64,000 nucleotides of DNA, taken from positions 2,976,001-3,040,000 of the forward strand of contig OZ024754.1 in assembly GCA_964016885.1 (NCBI GenBank), read 5' to 3'. How positions within the stretch are numbered: the first letter of the stretch is position 1; the number at the start of each line of letters is the position of its first letter. The notes beneath the pieces are model-generated. The model was not told where the DNA came from. It did not search any database and saw only the letters and a list, made by a program, of their open reading frames with translations. Source of the stretch: Eledone cirrhosa. Its lineage: Eukaryota. Shown here piece after piece: positions 40,511-54,058 of the stretch. The position numbers and the translations under genes were made by a program.

Positions 40511-40682
40511 GTGTATATATATATATATATATATATACATGTGCGTGTGTGTATATATATATATATATACACACACATTTATACATATATACTCACTTCC
40601 TTTTAGTAACACATCTAAGAAAAAAGATGAGTAATTGTTTTATTGAATAAGATGATCTCCAAGCAAAATGTGTGTGTGTGTG

Positions 40683-40753
<71 letters not shown>

Positions 40754-41020
40754 ATATATATGTGTAGAGAGAGATAGGAGTCAGAAGGAAGGTTAAGAGT
40801 TTTTTTTAAGTGAATCACCAATATCTTAAGTTTCTGTCTTCTTTTTATTACTTGATCAGCAAGACATTAACTTTTCAAAGCTATTTTACTCGCCCTCTCT
40901 CTCCCCCTGTCTCTGTCAATCACTCTCTCTCTCTCTCTCTCTCCCCCCTCTCTCTCTGTGTCTGTCTATCCCTGTCATCTAATTCTATATATAATTTGTG
41001 TCTTTTCTCTTGTCTTTCAG

Positions 41021-41092
41021 AGATATTAGCAGCAATAAGATTACACATATTAACGAGTCAGTGTTTATTCATTTGCCTAACCTCAAAGAGCT
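41021..41092 (+). CDS. Internal 72-nt coding exon, next LRR ([24 protein letters not shown]) of the same gene
   Basis: Polypyrimidine acceptor tcttttctcttgtctttcag| and donor |gtgagt; 72 nt, phase 2-2; junction with the previous exon gives TT+A = Leu. Confidence 0.94.
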
Positions 41093-41346
41093 GTGAGTAT
41101 CTTTTCATCTTTTGTTGTTGTTGTTGTTGTTGCAGCAGAGGTGTGTTGTTTGTCTGTGTGTGTGTGTATATATATGTATGTATATATGTATATATATATA
41201 TATAGGCATATGTATGTACGTATATATGTATATATATATGTGTGCATATGTATGTATATATATATGCGTATGTATGAATATATATGTGTATGTAAGTATG
41301 TATGAATATATATGTGTATGTAAGTATGTATGTGTATATATATATA

Positions 41347-41384
<38 letters not shown>

Positions 41385-41643
41385 ATAGAATACTGTACTG
41401 TATTCCTTCCATCTTTCTACACTCTGAGTTAAAAACTCGCTGGAGTCAACTTTGCCCTACATCCTTTTGAGGTCAATAAAACAAGTACCAGTCCAATACT
41501 GGGGTTGATTTTTCCTTGTTCTCTCTCTTTCTGCCTCTGGAAGAAATCATCTGTGTTCAAACCCAGAGAGGGGCTGGGCTCTACCAGTTTTAAAAGGCCC
41601 AAGACATAGTGTATGTCGCTACAGCACCCCTACAATTATATCG

Positions 41644-41970
41644 GGGGTTAGTGGTTCATATATACATCAGGGGTTAGTGGTTTATATATACCAGGGGTTA
41701 GTGGTTCATATACACCAGGGGTTAGGGGTTTATATATACCAGGGGTTAGTGGTTTATATATACCAGGGGTTAGTGGTTTATATATACCAGGGTTAGTGGT
41801 TCATATATACCAGGGGTTAGTGGTTTATATATACCAGGGTTAGTGGTTTATATATTCCAGGGGTTAGTGGGTTATATATACCAGGGTTAGTGGTTTATAT
41901 ATTCCAGGGGTTAGTGGGTTATATATACCAGGGTTAGTGGTTTATATATTCCAGGGGTTAGTGGTTAGTG
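41644..41970. repeat. 23-24-bp minisatellite ccaggggttagtggtttatatata, about 14 copies
   Basis: Direct periodicity. Confidence 0.93.
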
Positions 41971-42847
41971 TGTGTGTATGTTTGTCTTTTAGTTACATTT
42001 CCTTAGTAAAATTATAAAATTACAATTATTCTTAGCTGACTTAGCTTATTATATATTTATCAGACATTTTGCTCAACACACTCCTACACACAAGTATTAT
42101 GCAAGTAAAGCATTTATTCTTGCAAAGCAAAAATAATAGATATTAAAACAAACAAACAAATCTTTATTTGTTTTTCCACCCTATCAGCTTTTATTGCCAT
42201 ACATTTTCATTGGCGGAGGTGCTTGAATAAATAAAAAGAAAGTATAAACATCAATTCAACAAATTATCTCCAGCTACATAAGAACTATTTAATGAATTAA
42301 AGTTAATTTCTGTGACACTGATAACAGGGTTAATTATACTAAATGAAGCAGAGACTAGAAATTAACTCGTATTTATGGGCTTAAAACACTTAACTGCTCA
42401 CTTTAAAGCTATTGCTGGTGTAGATGAGAGCAATGAAGGGAGAGTGAGTGAGAAAGATTGGCTAGTTTTTATACCCAACACATAAACTCTGGTTATATCA
42501 CAGAATGGTTTTAGTTAAGCTAGAAATATTCTTCCTTTTATTATCCTTTTACTGGTTTTTGACTGTAGCCTTCAAGAGTTTAATTGATCAAATTTTCTCT
42601 TCTTCCTGTTCCTCAGTACTCATTTTGAAAGTCTGGTGTTAATTTTGTTGGTCTCTGTTTGCTAAGTCAGTAAGTCACAAGACATAAAAATTAACCAACA
42701 TCGTTTTACTAAGAAAGGTATTACACATAGGTATGGTTTAAGTCAGAGTTTGCCAAACTTTTTCAAACGAGGGACCCTTTTTGTTTCATAAACTTTTGAG
42801 GGAGCTCCAATGTCTAATATTGTTGCAAGCTTTCTACGGTCCCTTCA

Positions 42848-43635
42848 GACACTTTGTTTGTCGAGCTTTCTCTGGCTTGATGCCATATCTTGGGGTGCAA
42901 ATCAGTGAACATTAAGGAGATTGTCAAGTCTATAACACAGCTGAGAAGTCCTTCTGACACTTTGTCGAGCTTTCTCTGGCTTGATGCCATATCTTGGGGT
43001 GCAAATCAGTGAACATTAAGGAGATTGTCAAGTCTATAACACAGCTGAGAAGTCCTTCTGACACTTTGTCGAGCTTTCTCTGGCTTGATACCATATCTTG
43101 GGGTGCAAATCAGTGAACATTAAGGAGATTGTCAAGTCTATAACACAGCTGAGAAGTCCTTCTGACACTTTGTCGAGCTTTCTCTGGCTTGATGCCATAT
43201 CTTGGGGTGCAAATCAGTGAACATTAAGGAGATTGTCAAGTCTATAACACAGCTGAGAAGTCCTTCTGACACTTTGTCGAGCTTTCTCTGGCTTGATACC
43301 ATATCTTGGGGTGCAAATCAGTGAACATTAAGGAGATTGTCAAGTCTATAACACAGCTGAGAAGTCCTTCTGACACTTTGTCGAGCTTTCTCTGGCTTGA
43401 TACCATATCTTGGGGTGCAAATCAGTGAACATTAAGGAGATTGTCAAGTCTATAACACAGCTGAGAAGTCCTTCTGACACTTTGTCGAGCTTTCTCTGGC
43501 TTGATACCATATCTTGGGGTGCAAATCAGTGAACATTAAGGAGATTGTCAAGTCTATAACACAGCTGAGAAGTCCTTCTGACACTTTGTCGAGCTTTCTC
43601 TGGCTTGATACCATATCTTGGGGTGCAAATCAGTG
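42848..43635. repeat. 104-bp tandem repeat, about 7.5 nearly identical copies
   Basis: gacactttgtcgagc at 42956, 43060, 43164 and onward; diverged single monomers near 44460-44550 and 48110-48200. Confidence 0.97.
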
Positions 43636-43810
43636 TTTGTTTATATGTTTCCATTCTAACTTCCATTGAAAACAAATGATTTTGGTTCTCTTATTACTCT
43701 TTATTAGACTAAAAAGATTAAATCTGAGAAATGGTTTGGTTTCCCAGGGCAACCACAATAAGTGCACTGTTATTATTTCATTGGTTGATGAGTGAGTATA
43801 TGTATATGTG

Positions 43811-43843
<33 letters not shown>

Positions 43844-43909
43844 ATATGTGTTTGTGTGTATATATGTTTGTGTGTATGTATGTATATACATATATATGTA
43901 TGTTTGTAT

Positions 43910-43948
<39 letters not shown>

Positions 43949-45037
43949 TGTATATATATATGTATGTATGTTTGTATGTATGTGTTTGTGTATGTATATC
44001 TATTTGTGTGTGTTGACGTGTTTGCATTTGTCAGTGTAATCATGTTATTAATGTAATTATTGTGTTATTATTGTATCATATATTATCGTATGTTGTTAGT
44101 GGAAGTTAATTGCTATGTATTAATTATCGTTACTGCTATTATCGGTTTTTCGTTCCTTTAATTTGTAATGCAGTTCACTTTCATGGTGACACTGAATTGT
44201 TTTTAAGTTGCCACCGGCATTATTTGAGCCTAAAATTCCACTCTAACCATCACAATCATCATCATAATCATGATCATCATTTAACACCCATTCTCTCTGC
44301 TAGCAAGGGTTAGACGGGTTGTCACAGACCAAGGCAGTACTTAATCAGGGCTACTGACCTCTTATATGAACTGGGGACTGCATATCACTTACATTCCTAC
44401 GCACACACTCACACGCTCTCTCTCCAGAATGCCTTTACTGCACTTTTGTGATAACAGCGCTATGGAGGCTGTCATGTCTCCGACATAGCCAAAGAGTCCT
44501 GTTGACACTTTGTTTGGCATTGTTTCTCTAATCCGATGCCCTCTCACTAACTGTGGAATGAAACACAGTAATTATAGAGAGACATTTTTGAAAAGTACAA
44601 ACCAACACTATGACTGCATCACATGAAAAAATACTCTTGTACTGTAAATTTTCACAATAATCTGTCCACTAGTAAAGATACTATAAACATTTGTATTAAT
44701 AAACTACATGACACCTACAACAGCAAGTCATTCTTGAAAAGTAAAAAGATTAATATTTTTATGCTAATACTACAAATTTCTACTGTAATCTTTTCACTAG
44801 TTAAGATACTATAAACATTTGAATTAACAAACCACATTAGCAAGACATTCTTGAAAAGTATAAAATAACACTATGGCTGCATCACATGGAAAATTAATCT
44901 TTACAGCAAATTTTCACAAAAATCTGTCCACTAGTAAAGATACTATAAACATTTGAATTAACAAGCCTGTTTTTAAATATTTTCTGCTAAATTGTTACAG
45001 GATGTTAAAAGTATATTTGGTGATATTCCAGAAGTGT

Positions 45038-45690
45038 TTAGCATTGGTAGTAGTAGTACCAAAACTGCTCTCTAAAATGTCAATATATCTTTAGTATTAG
45101 TAGAAGTACCAAAACTGCTCTCTAAAATGTCAATATATCTATAGTATTAGTAGGAGTACCAAAACTGCTCTCTAAAATGTCAATATATCTATAGTATTAG
45201 TAGGAGTACCAAAACTGCTCTCTAAAATGTCAATATAACTTCAGCATTGGTAGGAGTACCAAACTACTCTTTAAAATGTCAATATATCATAAGCATGATA
45301 GTGGTGTCAAAACTGCTCTCTAAAATGCCAATATATTATTAGCATTAATAGTAGTACCAAAACTGCTCTCTAAAATGCCAATATATTATTAGCATTAATA
45401 GTAGTACCAAAACTGCTTTCTAAAATGCCAATATATTATTAGCATTAATAGTAGTACCAAAACTGCTCTCTAAAATGCCAATATATTATTAGCATTAATA
45501 GTAGTACCAAAACTGCTTTCTAAAATGCCAATATATTATTAGCATTAATAGTAGTACCAAAACTGCTTTCTAAAATGCCAATATATTATTAGCATTAATA
45601 GTAGTACCAAAACTGCTTTCTAAAATGCCAATATATTATTAGCATTAATAGTAGTATGAGAACTGCTCTCTAAAATGCCAATCTTCAGCA
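45038..45690. repeat. 50-bp minisatellite agtagtaccaaaactgctctctaaaatgccaatatattattagcattaat, about 13 copies
   Basis: Direct periodicity with a 5'-to-3' variant gradient. Confidence 0.95.
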
Positions 45691-45915
45691 TTCTCAGCTG
45701 TTGTAGCCATGTCATAGTTTAACAGCATTGTGATTGATGAAATTAGGCACAACCATTTGATAAATGACTTTCTCATAATGTTTCTAACCTTCGCTAACCT
45801 ACTGAAATCCATTTTAGGAAGTAGTTCTTAATTTTTATCTCTAACTTATGTAAATGTGATATTTAGTAACTAATATGTTCAAGGTTTTTTTGTTGTTGTT
45901 TTGTTTTGTGTTTCA

Positions 45916-45953
<38 letters not shown>

Positions 45954-48416
45954 TTTTGTTTTCCAACTAATTTGATATACAAATTTATCATTTCTATATG
46001 TCTTCTTTTTTCTTCCCCTTCCAATTAAACTAAATTATGAAATATTCACATTTCACATGATTTATCTAATCTAATATAACAATACTTTAGTTTTACCAGA
46101 ATTTTTATCTTTTTTTAATATATATTTTGTCTAAAATATTATATCGTGTGTCAATAGATTTTTCTGTATTTTTGTTTCTTCTTTCTTTTCTTGTAAATTA
46201 TTTATTTTTGCTATTGTTGTTGCGGTCACAAAATATTGAGATTTATGTATATTATATCAGTATATCCTGCTGGTTTATTAATATCTTAATTCTTACCATG
46301 TAACACTGTTATCATATGACTGTAGGAAGCATATTTACTCCAATTGCTAATAGATGAGAATTTTAGTATCTATCACCGATTGAGTCTCCAAGAATGTTAC
46401 AACGAATGGTTGGCTGGTTACCTACAGGAATTGAACTGTTGTCTGTATTCTTGTGAAGTAACATTAATTATTTGTATGAAGTTCACACCTAAAATATGAG
46501 GGTTTACTGGGGAGGGGAGTAGGATGAATTTTTTTTTGTAGATGATTTCTTTTAACAGTTTTGCTTGTGTGGTCCCATAATTCCTATGGCCATGTGGTCC
46601 CATAACTCCAATGGTCCCCTAACTCCCTTGGTTTCCTAACTCCCGTGGTCCTGTGGTCCCGTAACCCCCGAGGAAGTTGTAGGGGGCGCTGTATTGACAT
46701 ACAACATTTCTAGATCATTTTTAAATCTGGCAAAGCCCATCTCCTCTCCAGGTTTGAATATAGCAGATTTCTTTCAGAGAAAGACAGGAGTCAGAGAATG
46801 GAAGTGAGAAAGAGATATAGGGGAAGAATTGACCCCAGTACTAGACTGGTACTTTTTTATATCGACCTTGAATGGATGAGAGGCAAAGCAGAGTGCCGAA
46901 ACAAATACTGCAAAGCATTCTACCTGACTCTTACAATTCACCACCTTTAACAGTTTTAGCTTCAATTAAATATCTCCCAAACCATTGATCTCTCTTTCTT
47001 TGTCTCTCCATCGTAATTATCATTAAATAGTTTGCAGATTTGATATGACACAGAATTTCAAGTAACCTTGCCTCTTGTTGCTCATGAAATCTTATACAAG
47101 CTTTCACTATGATTCTTGTACAATGATGTATATATACAAAAGGTTATGGCTAGTGGCAGAAATGGCTAACTTTGGTTTCTAAACAATCCAATAAACTATT
47201 GCTACAAGAAATTTAGTCAGTTTGTGATCATGTAGTTACTTTCTAATGAGAAGAATTAGTCAGGACATTCAACTTGCTACTTCCCAGTGTGGTCTGGTGG
47301 TTAGAGTGTTAGACTTATGATTGTATAGTTGTGGGTTCAATTCCTGGATAAAGTGGTACATTTTGTTCTTGAACAAGACACTTCATTTTACATTGCTTTT
47401 CATGATAGGATTGGGGACCCCTATAACCCAAAGAACCTTGCAACCTTGTAGAAGGCCAGCTATATAGGTGGGAGATGTGCCTTTCATTTTTTTTTTTCAT
47501 TAATTGTGCTGCCTTTGCTGTGCTCTGGACCTGATTGAAAAAGGCTTAATCTTTTGTATGGTTTTAACACAACTCTGAATCTCTTGAGTGCTTGTGGCTC
47601 AGTCTATTCTCTTGTAAGCATTCTTCCTGACAAGGGTTCTGGTCAGAGGATGACTTCTTTCCACAAGGTTAGAAGGCCTTGAAAAGGGTCACATGCATTG
47701 CCCTTACTCATCTGACTAAGTTATTTAAAAGAATGCAATAATTTATTTCTATCTTTTCTATTATAACTGAGTTATTTCTACTTATTATCATCGATCAAAT
47801 GTCTATTGGTTTTAGATTCTGTTTAAGAATCTTCTATACAAAGAATTTTCTTTATATATTTTTTGGGATTGTTTTTTTAGCATTTTATTAACTCTAAATG
47901 AAACCACATTAGTACAAAATAGCGTTCTCACTGACTCACATTAAATATAAACTTTTTATTCTCAACTGCAAATTTTTAACAATCTGTCCACTAGTAAAGA
48001 AAAGATACTATAAACATTTGAATTTAGCAAACCTGTTTTTAGATATTTTCTGCTACATCATTGCAAGATTTTCACATTAATCCAATGTAATTTATCATGG
48101 CACCAACACTATGGACGTTCTCATGTATTTGACAAAGCTGAAGTCTCCACGCTGTCCTTTGTTTGGCAAGGTTTTTTTATAGCTGGTTGCCTTCTTATCA
48201 CCAACCAGTTTTAGAGATTGTAGTGGGTCCATTCATCTTGTTAAATGTGCTGTAAATTATCCTTTTACTCCTCAAGTTATTTTACCTTGATATACACTCC
48301 AACCCATGCTAACATGGAAGATGGACGTTAAATGATGATGATGATGATGATACTCTGTTGATGAGCAACTTTCAATTATTTTAAATAAATATTTTTTGTA
48401 TGTTATTTCTTTACAG

Positions 48417-48488
48417 AAAACTTAGTTATAACCACCTCAGTGAAATGCCATACTTTGGAAAGAATTATAGCCTTGAACAACTTCATTT
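48417..48488 (+). CDS. Internal 72-nt coding exon, short LRR (KLSYNHLSEMPYFGKNYSLEQLH-L) of the same gene
   Basis: Acceptor ttatttctttacag| and donor |gtaagt; 72 nt, phase 2-2; junction CT+A = Leu. The NxLxxxPxFG short repeat resembles, from memory, the early LRRs of LRIG1-3/lambik; family assignment about 0.65. Confidence 0.92.
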
Positions 48489-48624
48489 GTAAGTACACAT
48501 GTTGTTACATGTTTTTGCCTTTTTATTCTTACTGTTTATATATTTCTGAAATTTGGAATGCTACATGTCAAGATAATCCTTTTATCTTCATAACTAACTC
48601 TTTTTTACTAATCCTCTATATCAG

Positions 48625-49070
48625 TACTATAACCATGGCTATAGTGATAATATAACCACAGCTATACTATTACTATAACTATGGCTATACTATTACTATA
48701 ACCACATCTATACTATTACTATAATCACATCTATATCAGTTAATAGTACTGTAACTAACACTCTATCACTATAACCACAACTGTACCACTACTATAACCA
48801 CAACAGTACCACTACTATAACCACAACAGTACCACTACTATAACTACAGCTATACCACTACTGTAATGACAGCTATACCTTTACTATAACCAATACTATA
48901 TAACTACAACAGTACCACTACTATAACCACAACAGTATCACCACTATAACTAATACTATACCACTACAGCTGTACCACTACTATAACCACAACAGTACCA
49001 CAACTATACCACCACAACAGTATCACCACTACAGCTGTACCACTACTTTAACTACCCTTCTATCACTATC
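48625..49070. repeat. Degenerate ~23-24-bp (ACT/ACC)-rich minisatellite downstream of the third exon
   Basis: ataaccacaacagtaccactact repeats. Confidence 0.85.
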
Positions 49071-49427
49071 ATACATAATGAGAGTTCCAGACAAATGTCA
49101 TATATAACTAACTAGTGTTGGCAAGGCAAGCCTTGATCTCATCAATTTAAGTCTTCAGTCCATGTTTTCATTAATATCATAATTGGGATGGATCGACTGA
49201 CTGACCTCCGCAATTCTTTGCATTTCTTCTTCCCCTTCATGTCAAATACATAATTGCCAAAATTCTTAAACGGCTCCTGCACATAAAGCAATGTCAGAGA
49301 GGTTAAAGATGAAATGAATGGAGAATGTTGTAAGCTATGATGTAAAGCTATGGGGGTAGTGTGGACATGAAGAGAGAAATACTGTGATAGAAAGATGTGG
49401 GGGGTAGTGTGGACATGAAGAGAGATA

Positions 49428-49806
49428 TTCTAGAAATACTGTGATGTTCTGGAAATACTGTGATGTTCTAGAAATACTGTGGTGTTCTGGAAATACTGTG
49501 GTGTTCTGGAAATATTGTGGTGTTCTGGAAATACTGTGGTGTTCTGGAAATACTGTGGTGTTCTGGAAATACTGTGGTGTTCTGGAAATATTGTGGTGTT
49601 CTAGAAATACTGTGGTGTTCTAGAAATACTGTGGTGTTTTGGAAATACTGTGGTGTTCTGGAAATATTGTGGTGTTCTAGAAATACTGTGGTGTTCTGGA
49701 AATACTGTGATGCTCTAGAAATACTGTGATGCTCTAGAAATACTGTGATGTTCTAGAAATACTGTGATGTTCTAGAAATACTGTGATGTTTTAGAAATAC
49801 TGTGAT
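49428..49806. repeat. 19-bp minisatellite ttctggaaatactgtggtg, about 20 copies
   Basis: Direct periodicity; flanked by repeated gtagtgtggacat. Confidence 0.95.
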
Positions 49807-50621
49807 ATAAAGCTGTGGATGTAGTGTGGACATAACAGAGGTATTACTCTGTTTCCTAGAAATACAGTATTTCAATTCATATACAGTGATCAGTATGTTG
49901 AGTAGCTTTAGTATTGGAATGGTTAATGTCAACGAAACATAAGACTGGAGAAACGAAGGCAAGAATTTCAAGACTAAAACCTGATCATGATATGAGATGA
50001 GATAATTCTATGAAGGAGATGTAGATAGAAGTGAAAGTGGGAAGTGGGAGAATGGCTTCAGGATTGACCACAAAACCTGATGAGCCTGAGTGTTTGAAAA
50101 TTCATTATAATAATATAAATCTTGGCAAAGCAATCAATTTCTGATAGATAGGATTAGTTAGACATGATCATAATTGTTTGTATGTACTTGTAATGAGAGA
50201 AAAAGACGAAGAAGAGTTGAATTGAGAGGTCTAGAGTATGAGTCATTGATTCCGTAATGTATTATTAGAACTAGACTTGCCCTCTCACTTACACAACAGT
50301 AAATTTAAACTTAAACATCCAACATGATTTGATCTGTTATTTTTATCTAATCTCTACTGATGTTCTTACTTACTACACCACTGCCTCTTTGACTTGTTGT
50401 TGTTGATGATGATGTTGATGTTGTTAGTGTTGGTGTTGTTGTTGTTTGCTTATATTAGCAAACTTAAGAAATATTGAGCTGGTCATTTAGATTGATGCGG
50501 TTTATCAAATTTATATATATATATATATAAACTCCAGTTTTTACTGATAAAGTGGAAGTTAATTGATGTTTATTTTCTGAAAATGCTGCATAAATCTCTG
50601 AATTCATTTAAACACATTACA

Positions 50622-50878
50622 TTAACCCTTTTGATACGAAACCACATGAAACCTCTGTTTCTATCATACAAAGCTGTTTGTTTTAAAGTGGTTATATTTA
50701 TCCCCCCAAAAAACCTTCCATCATAATTTTATGTAAATGCCTTTGTTACGTTCCAAACCCCAACTTAATAATGAGAAAACAATTATATTAATTCCCAGCA
50801 AATTTTAGATAATTTTCAAAATTATTTATAAATTAAAAGCAGCATGTTTCATTAGAAATATGGTAACAAAAAGATTAA
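50622..50878 (+). mobile_element. piggyBac-type MITE family B
   Basis: ttaacccttttgatac ... ggtaacaaaaagattaa. Confidence 0.75.
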
Positions 50879-50992
50879 AACTTATTTTCCTCATGTGCAT
50901 TTTATGTTATATACTGTGTATAAATTACACCAGGGGTTGATTCACACTTTCATTTTACATACAGCATTTATAATACACCAGTATATTTTGAT

Positions 50993-51291
50993 TTAACCCT
51001 TTAGTATTTAGTCCGGCTGTATCCAGCCAGAATTCTTTTTCTGTTCAAACGGGCTGTAACCGGTCAGAACTCTCTCACTTTATTCTGTTCAAACTGGCCA
51101 TAACTGGCCAGAATTCTTTCACTTCTTTCTGTTCAAACCAGCCATAACTGGCCGCTTATACCAACATTATCAGGTATTGTTCTCGAAATAAATAAATAAC
51201 ATCATCAAAATCTTGTAGATTCGATATTATGTGAGATAAAGCCTTTACTGGAAAAATACAATAGTAATGTAATGTAAATGCTAAAGGGTTA
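50993..51291 (+). mobile_element. piggyBac-type MITE family A with an internal ~45-bp triplication
   Basis: TIRs present; cagaattct...tctgttcaaac...taac occurs 3 times. Confidence 0.85.
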
Positions 51292-52248
51292 GAGTGGGTG
51301 GGGTGAGTGTATTGTTTTTATTCCTATAAAAAAACGTAATTCTAAGTCTTAGTGAGATATAGTTAGGAGAGTGTAGAGATGTAGCAAGTATGAAGCAAGT
51401 ATTAATAAAGCTTTGGTAGTTTTAGACATGACAGATAACATAGGATTGTGATGGTGCCTAGAAAGATGCTGAATTGCAGACACTTCAAGAGAGAGAAGAA
51501 AAAAATAAGACCAAAAAATAACTTGCACTTGTAGATCATCATTCCCAAATCATAAGCATTCTAAAACTGACTAGTGTGGAGTTATTTCACAGACTAGTCT
51601 ACATACAGAGAAATTCCTCACCAAATTAGCCACAATATTTTTCAAGATCTTTTTCTCCAACTGGGATTTGATTGACCGCTTCTTTTCCATGCTGGTGGCC
51701 TCGGTCCCCGAACTGTTTCATATGCATCCTAACTGAGGAAGAAACCCTATGGGGTGGGGTGGAGTGGCCGATGCAGCGGATGTCGCTGGCTATTCTCCGC
51801 AGCAATGATTTAGTCATTATGTCTGCAGGCTATTTGTGAGAAACTACACTGGTTAAACCAAGATGTAGGGTCTGCGCCTCCACCGTTTCCCCTTAGCTTT
51901 ACTATTTAATATTTTTCTTTCCACCCACTTTTTTTTTTAGTTGCAAACATTATATAATCCATTATAATCTATTTTACTGCCCCTTTGATTCTAAATGAAA
52001 TGGACCCAGGATCAAACACTTGTTGAATTCACCTAATCATAACAGCAACTTCCTTATTTTTCTTAAAAGGCATTTTGCAAAAGAACTTCATGTTTTACTG
52101 TGGTCCTAGTATAGAGAATTCAGTCTTCTGTTTAATCAGCTGGTTCTGTCTCTCTGGGGACTTAGAACTGAAAGGTTAAAAAAAGCCAAATGCATTCAAC
52201 CACTCCCAAACCTGTCATTACTTCAACATTATAGGAATTCTAACATTT

Positions 52249-52425
52249 CCTCTCTTATATATAAATATATATATATAGGTATATATATATAGGTTTTATT
52301 TACAGCTCGAGTTTGGTAAATAAAATAAAAACATAAATTTAAATATTATATATATATATATATATATATAATATTTAAATTTATGTTTTTATTTTATTTA
52401 CCAAACTCGAGCTGTAAATAAAACC

Positions 52426-52467
<42 letters not shown>

Positions 52468-52614
52468 AGAGGTCTTATTTACAGCTCAAGTTTGGTAAAT
52501 GAAATTAAAAAAACTTAAATATTATATATATATATATATATATATATGATATTCAAATTTAAGTTTTTATTTTATTTTATCTTATTTACCAAAGTTGAGC
52601 TGTAAATAAGACCT
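52249..52614. repeat. Two tandem (TA)n-centred palindromes
   Basis: 52291-52426 is a perfect inverted repeat around (TA)n with outer cctctctt/aagagagg; 52470-52614 is an imperfect second copy. Confidence 0.9.
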
Positions 52615-53423
52615 GTAGAACTAATTTAAAATTCTTGAAAAATGCTGCTGGCAACAGTCATGGAAGAAACTTGAACTAAAATAAGAAATTTAAACTAAAA
52701 GACAAATGCTAAATTTTCTTTCAAATCATCTTTTCTTTATCTTGTTTTCACTGAAAATAATAAGAATCTTCTGAAAGTCTAAAGCAACCCCTCTCCCCAC
52801 CCTCTCTCCACAAATCATAATAATAATAAACAAACTGGAGTTAGAAATGGGGAAGGGATGGAACCTTTTTATTTTTATTAATTCTTTATTTTACGTTTTT
52901 CGATTTTTTTTTCTTTTTTTTTTTTTTTCCCCCCAACTGTTTTCCCAGACTGTGTGTGTTAAAGGTGTGTGTGTGTGTGTGTGTCTGTGTGTGTGTGTGC
53001 CATAAATCAGTGACCACCAACAGTAAGCAGTATCACATGTTGAAATGTTGGCACAAAAATCAGCTCATTTTGGGCAACCCTACAGACTACTGTCTGATAT
53101 TGCTTTGATCCCATCCACCTATATCCCTCTCTCCACCTACCTCCACACCTCCTCCACCTACCTCCACACCTCCTCCACCTACCTCCACACACATCCACCC
53201 CTACCTATACACCACCTCCACCCATACTATCTCTCCCTCCAAAGAACATCCATTCTCTCTCTCTCTCTACACACACACACACTCACAGACACATATTCAC
53301 TCACATTCACACACACACCAAATATCTGTCACTACTTCATACCAGTTTCTATTCCTTTTGTCTTTTACTTGGATTGTTTCTTCCTTTCCAACACAAGTTG
53401 GTTACTTCTAATAACTTCAACAC

Positions 53424-53502
<79 letters not shown>

Positions 53503-53915
53503 GTGTGTGTGTATATCTGTCTATCTCTGTTTATCTATCTACCTCTCTTTCTCTCTTCCTCTCCAACTCCACAACCACCCGTCCACCCTCCTCTTTCTTT
53601 TCATTTTCTCAGAATTCCTTTTAAAAGCAATTTCTGTTTTTCCTTATCTTAGCAACTCTTGTGTTCTTGCAAACTTTGAAGTGAATTCTTCGTTTAACTA
53701 CTTACTCTTTCAAATGATAATAATAATAATAATAATAATAACACACAGAAACTATTCCTTTGTACTTGTAAGCTATTCTATCTTTTTCATATTTAAGAGA
53801 TAATTATTCACCGTTCTGTGTTCTATCTTCTATTACATATTCTTTAACAAAACAGTTGTATGTCAAAAGTTCTCTTAATGCTTATGTCTAATCACTGCCC
53901 AGCTTGTCTTTAGAC

Positions 53916-54058
53916 CAGGGTTTCGCGAAACCCCTTTTTTTTTTTGGTTCAGAAACGTTTTTGGGAACCCCAAAGTCTAATACTGTTATATGGTCATAAT
54001 TACCTTTTTTAATGGGACCCCAGACGCTCATTTCTGGGACTCACTTTGGGGGCCTCTG
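53916..54058 (+). mobile_element. hAT (Charlie-like) MITE
   Basis: cagggtttc...tttgggggcctctg termini with 8-bp TSD ctttagac/ctttagag; related fragment at 42744-42850. Confidence 0.65.

Noticed and set aside
40810-41205. ORF-track 131-aa ORF overlapping the second exon (likewise 48440-48655 over the third)
   Set aside because: Different reading frame from the splice-defined LRR exon; the remainder is simple repeat or intron
41644-41970. Interstitial telomere
   Set aside because: No tandem (TTAGGG)n; only one permuted motif per 23-24-bp unit
50072-50110. CTGATGA...GAAA string
   Set aside because: No stem I, II or III complementarity
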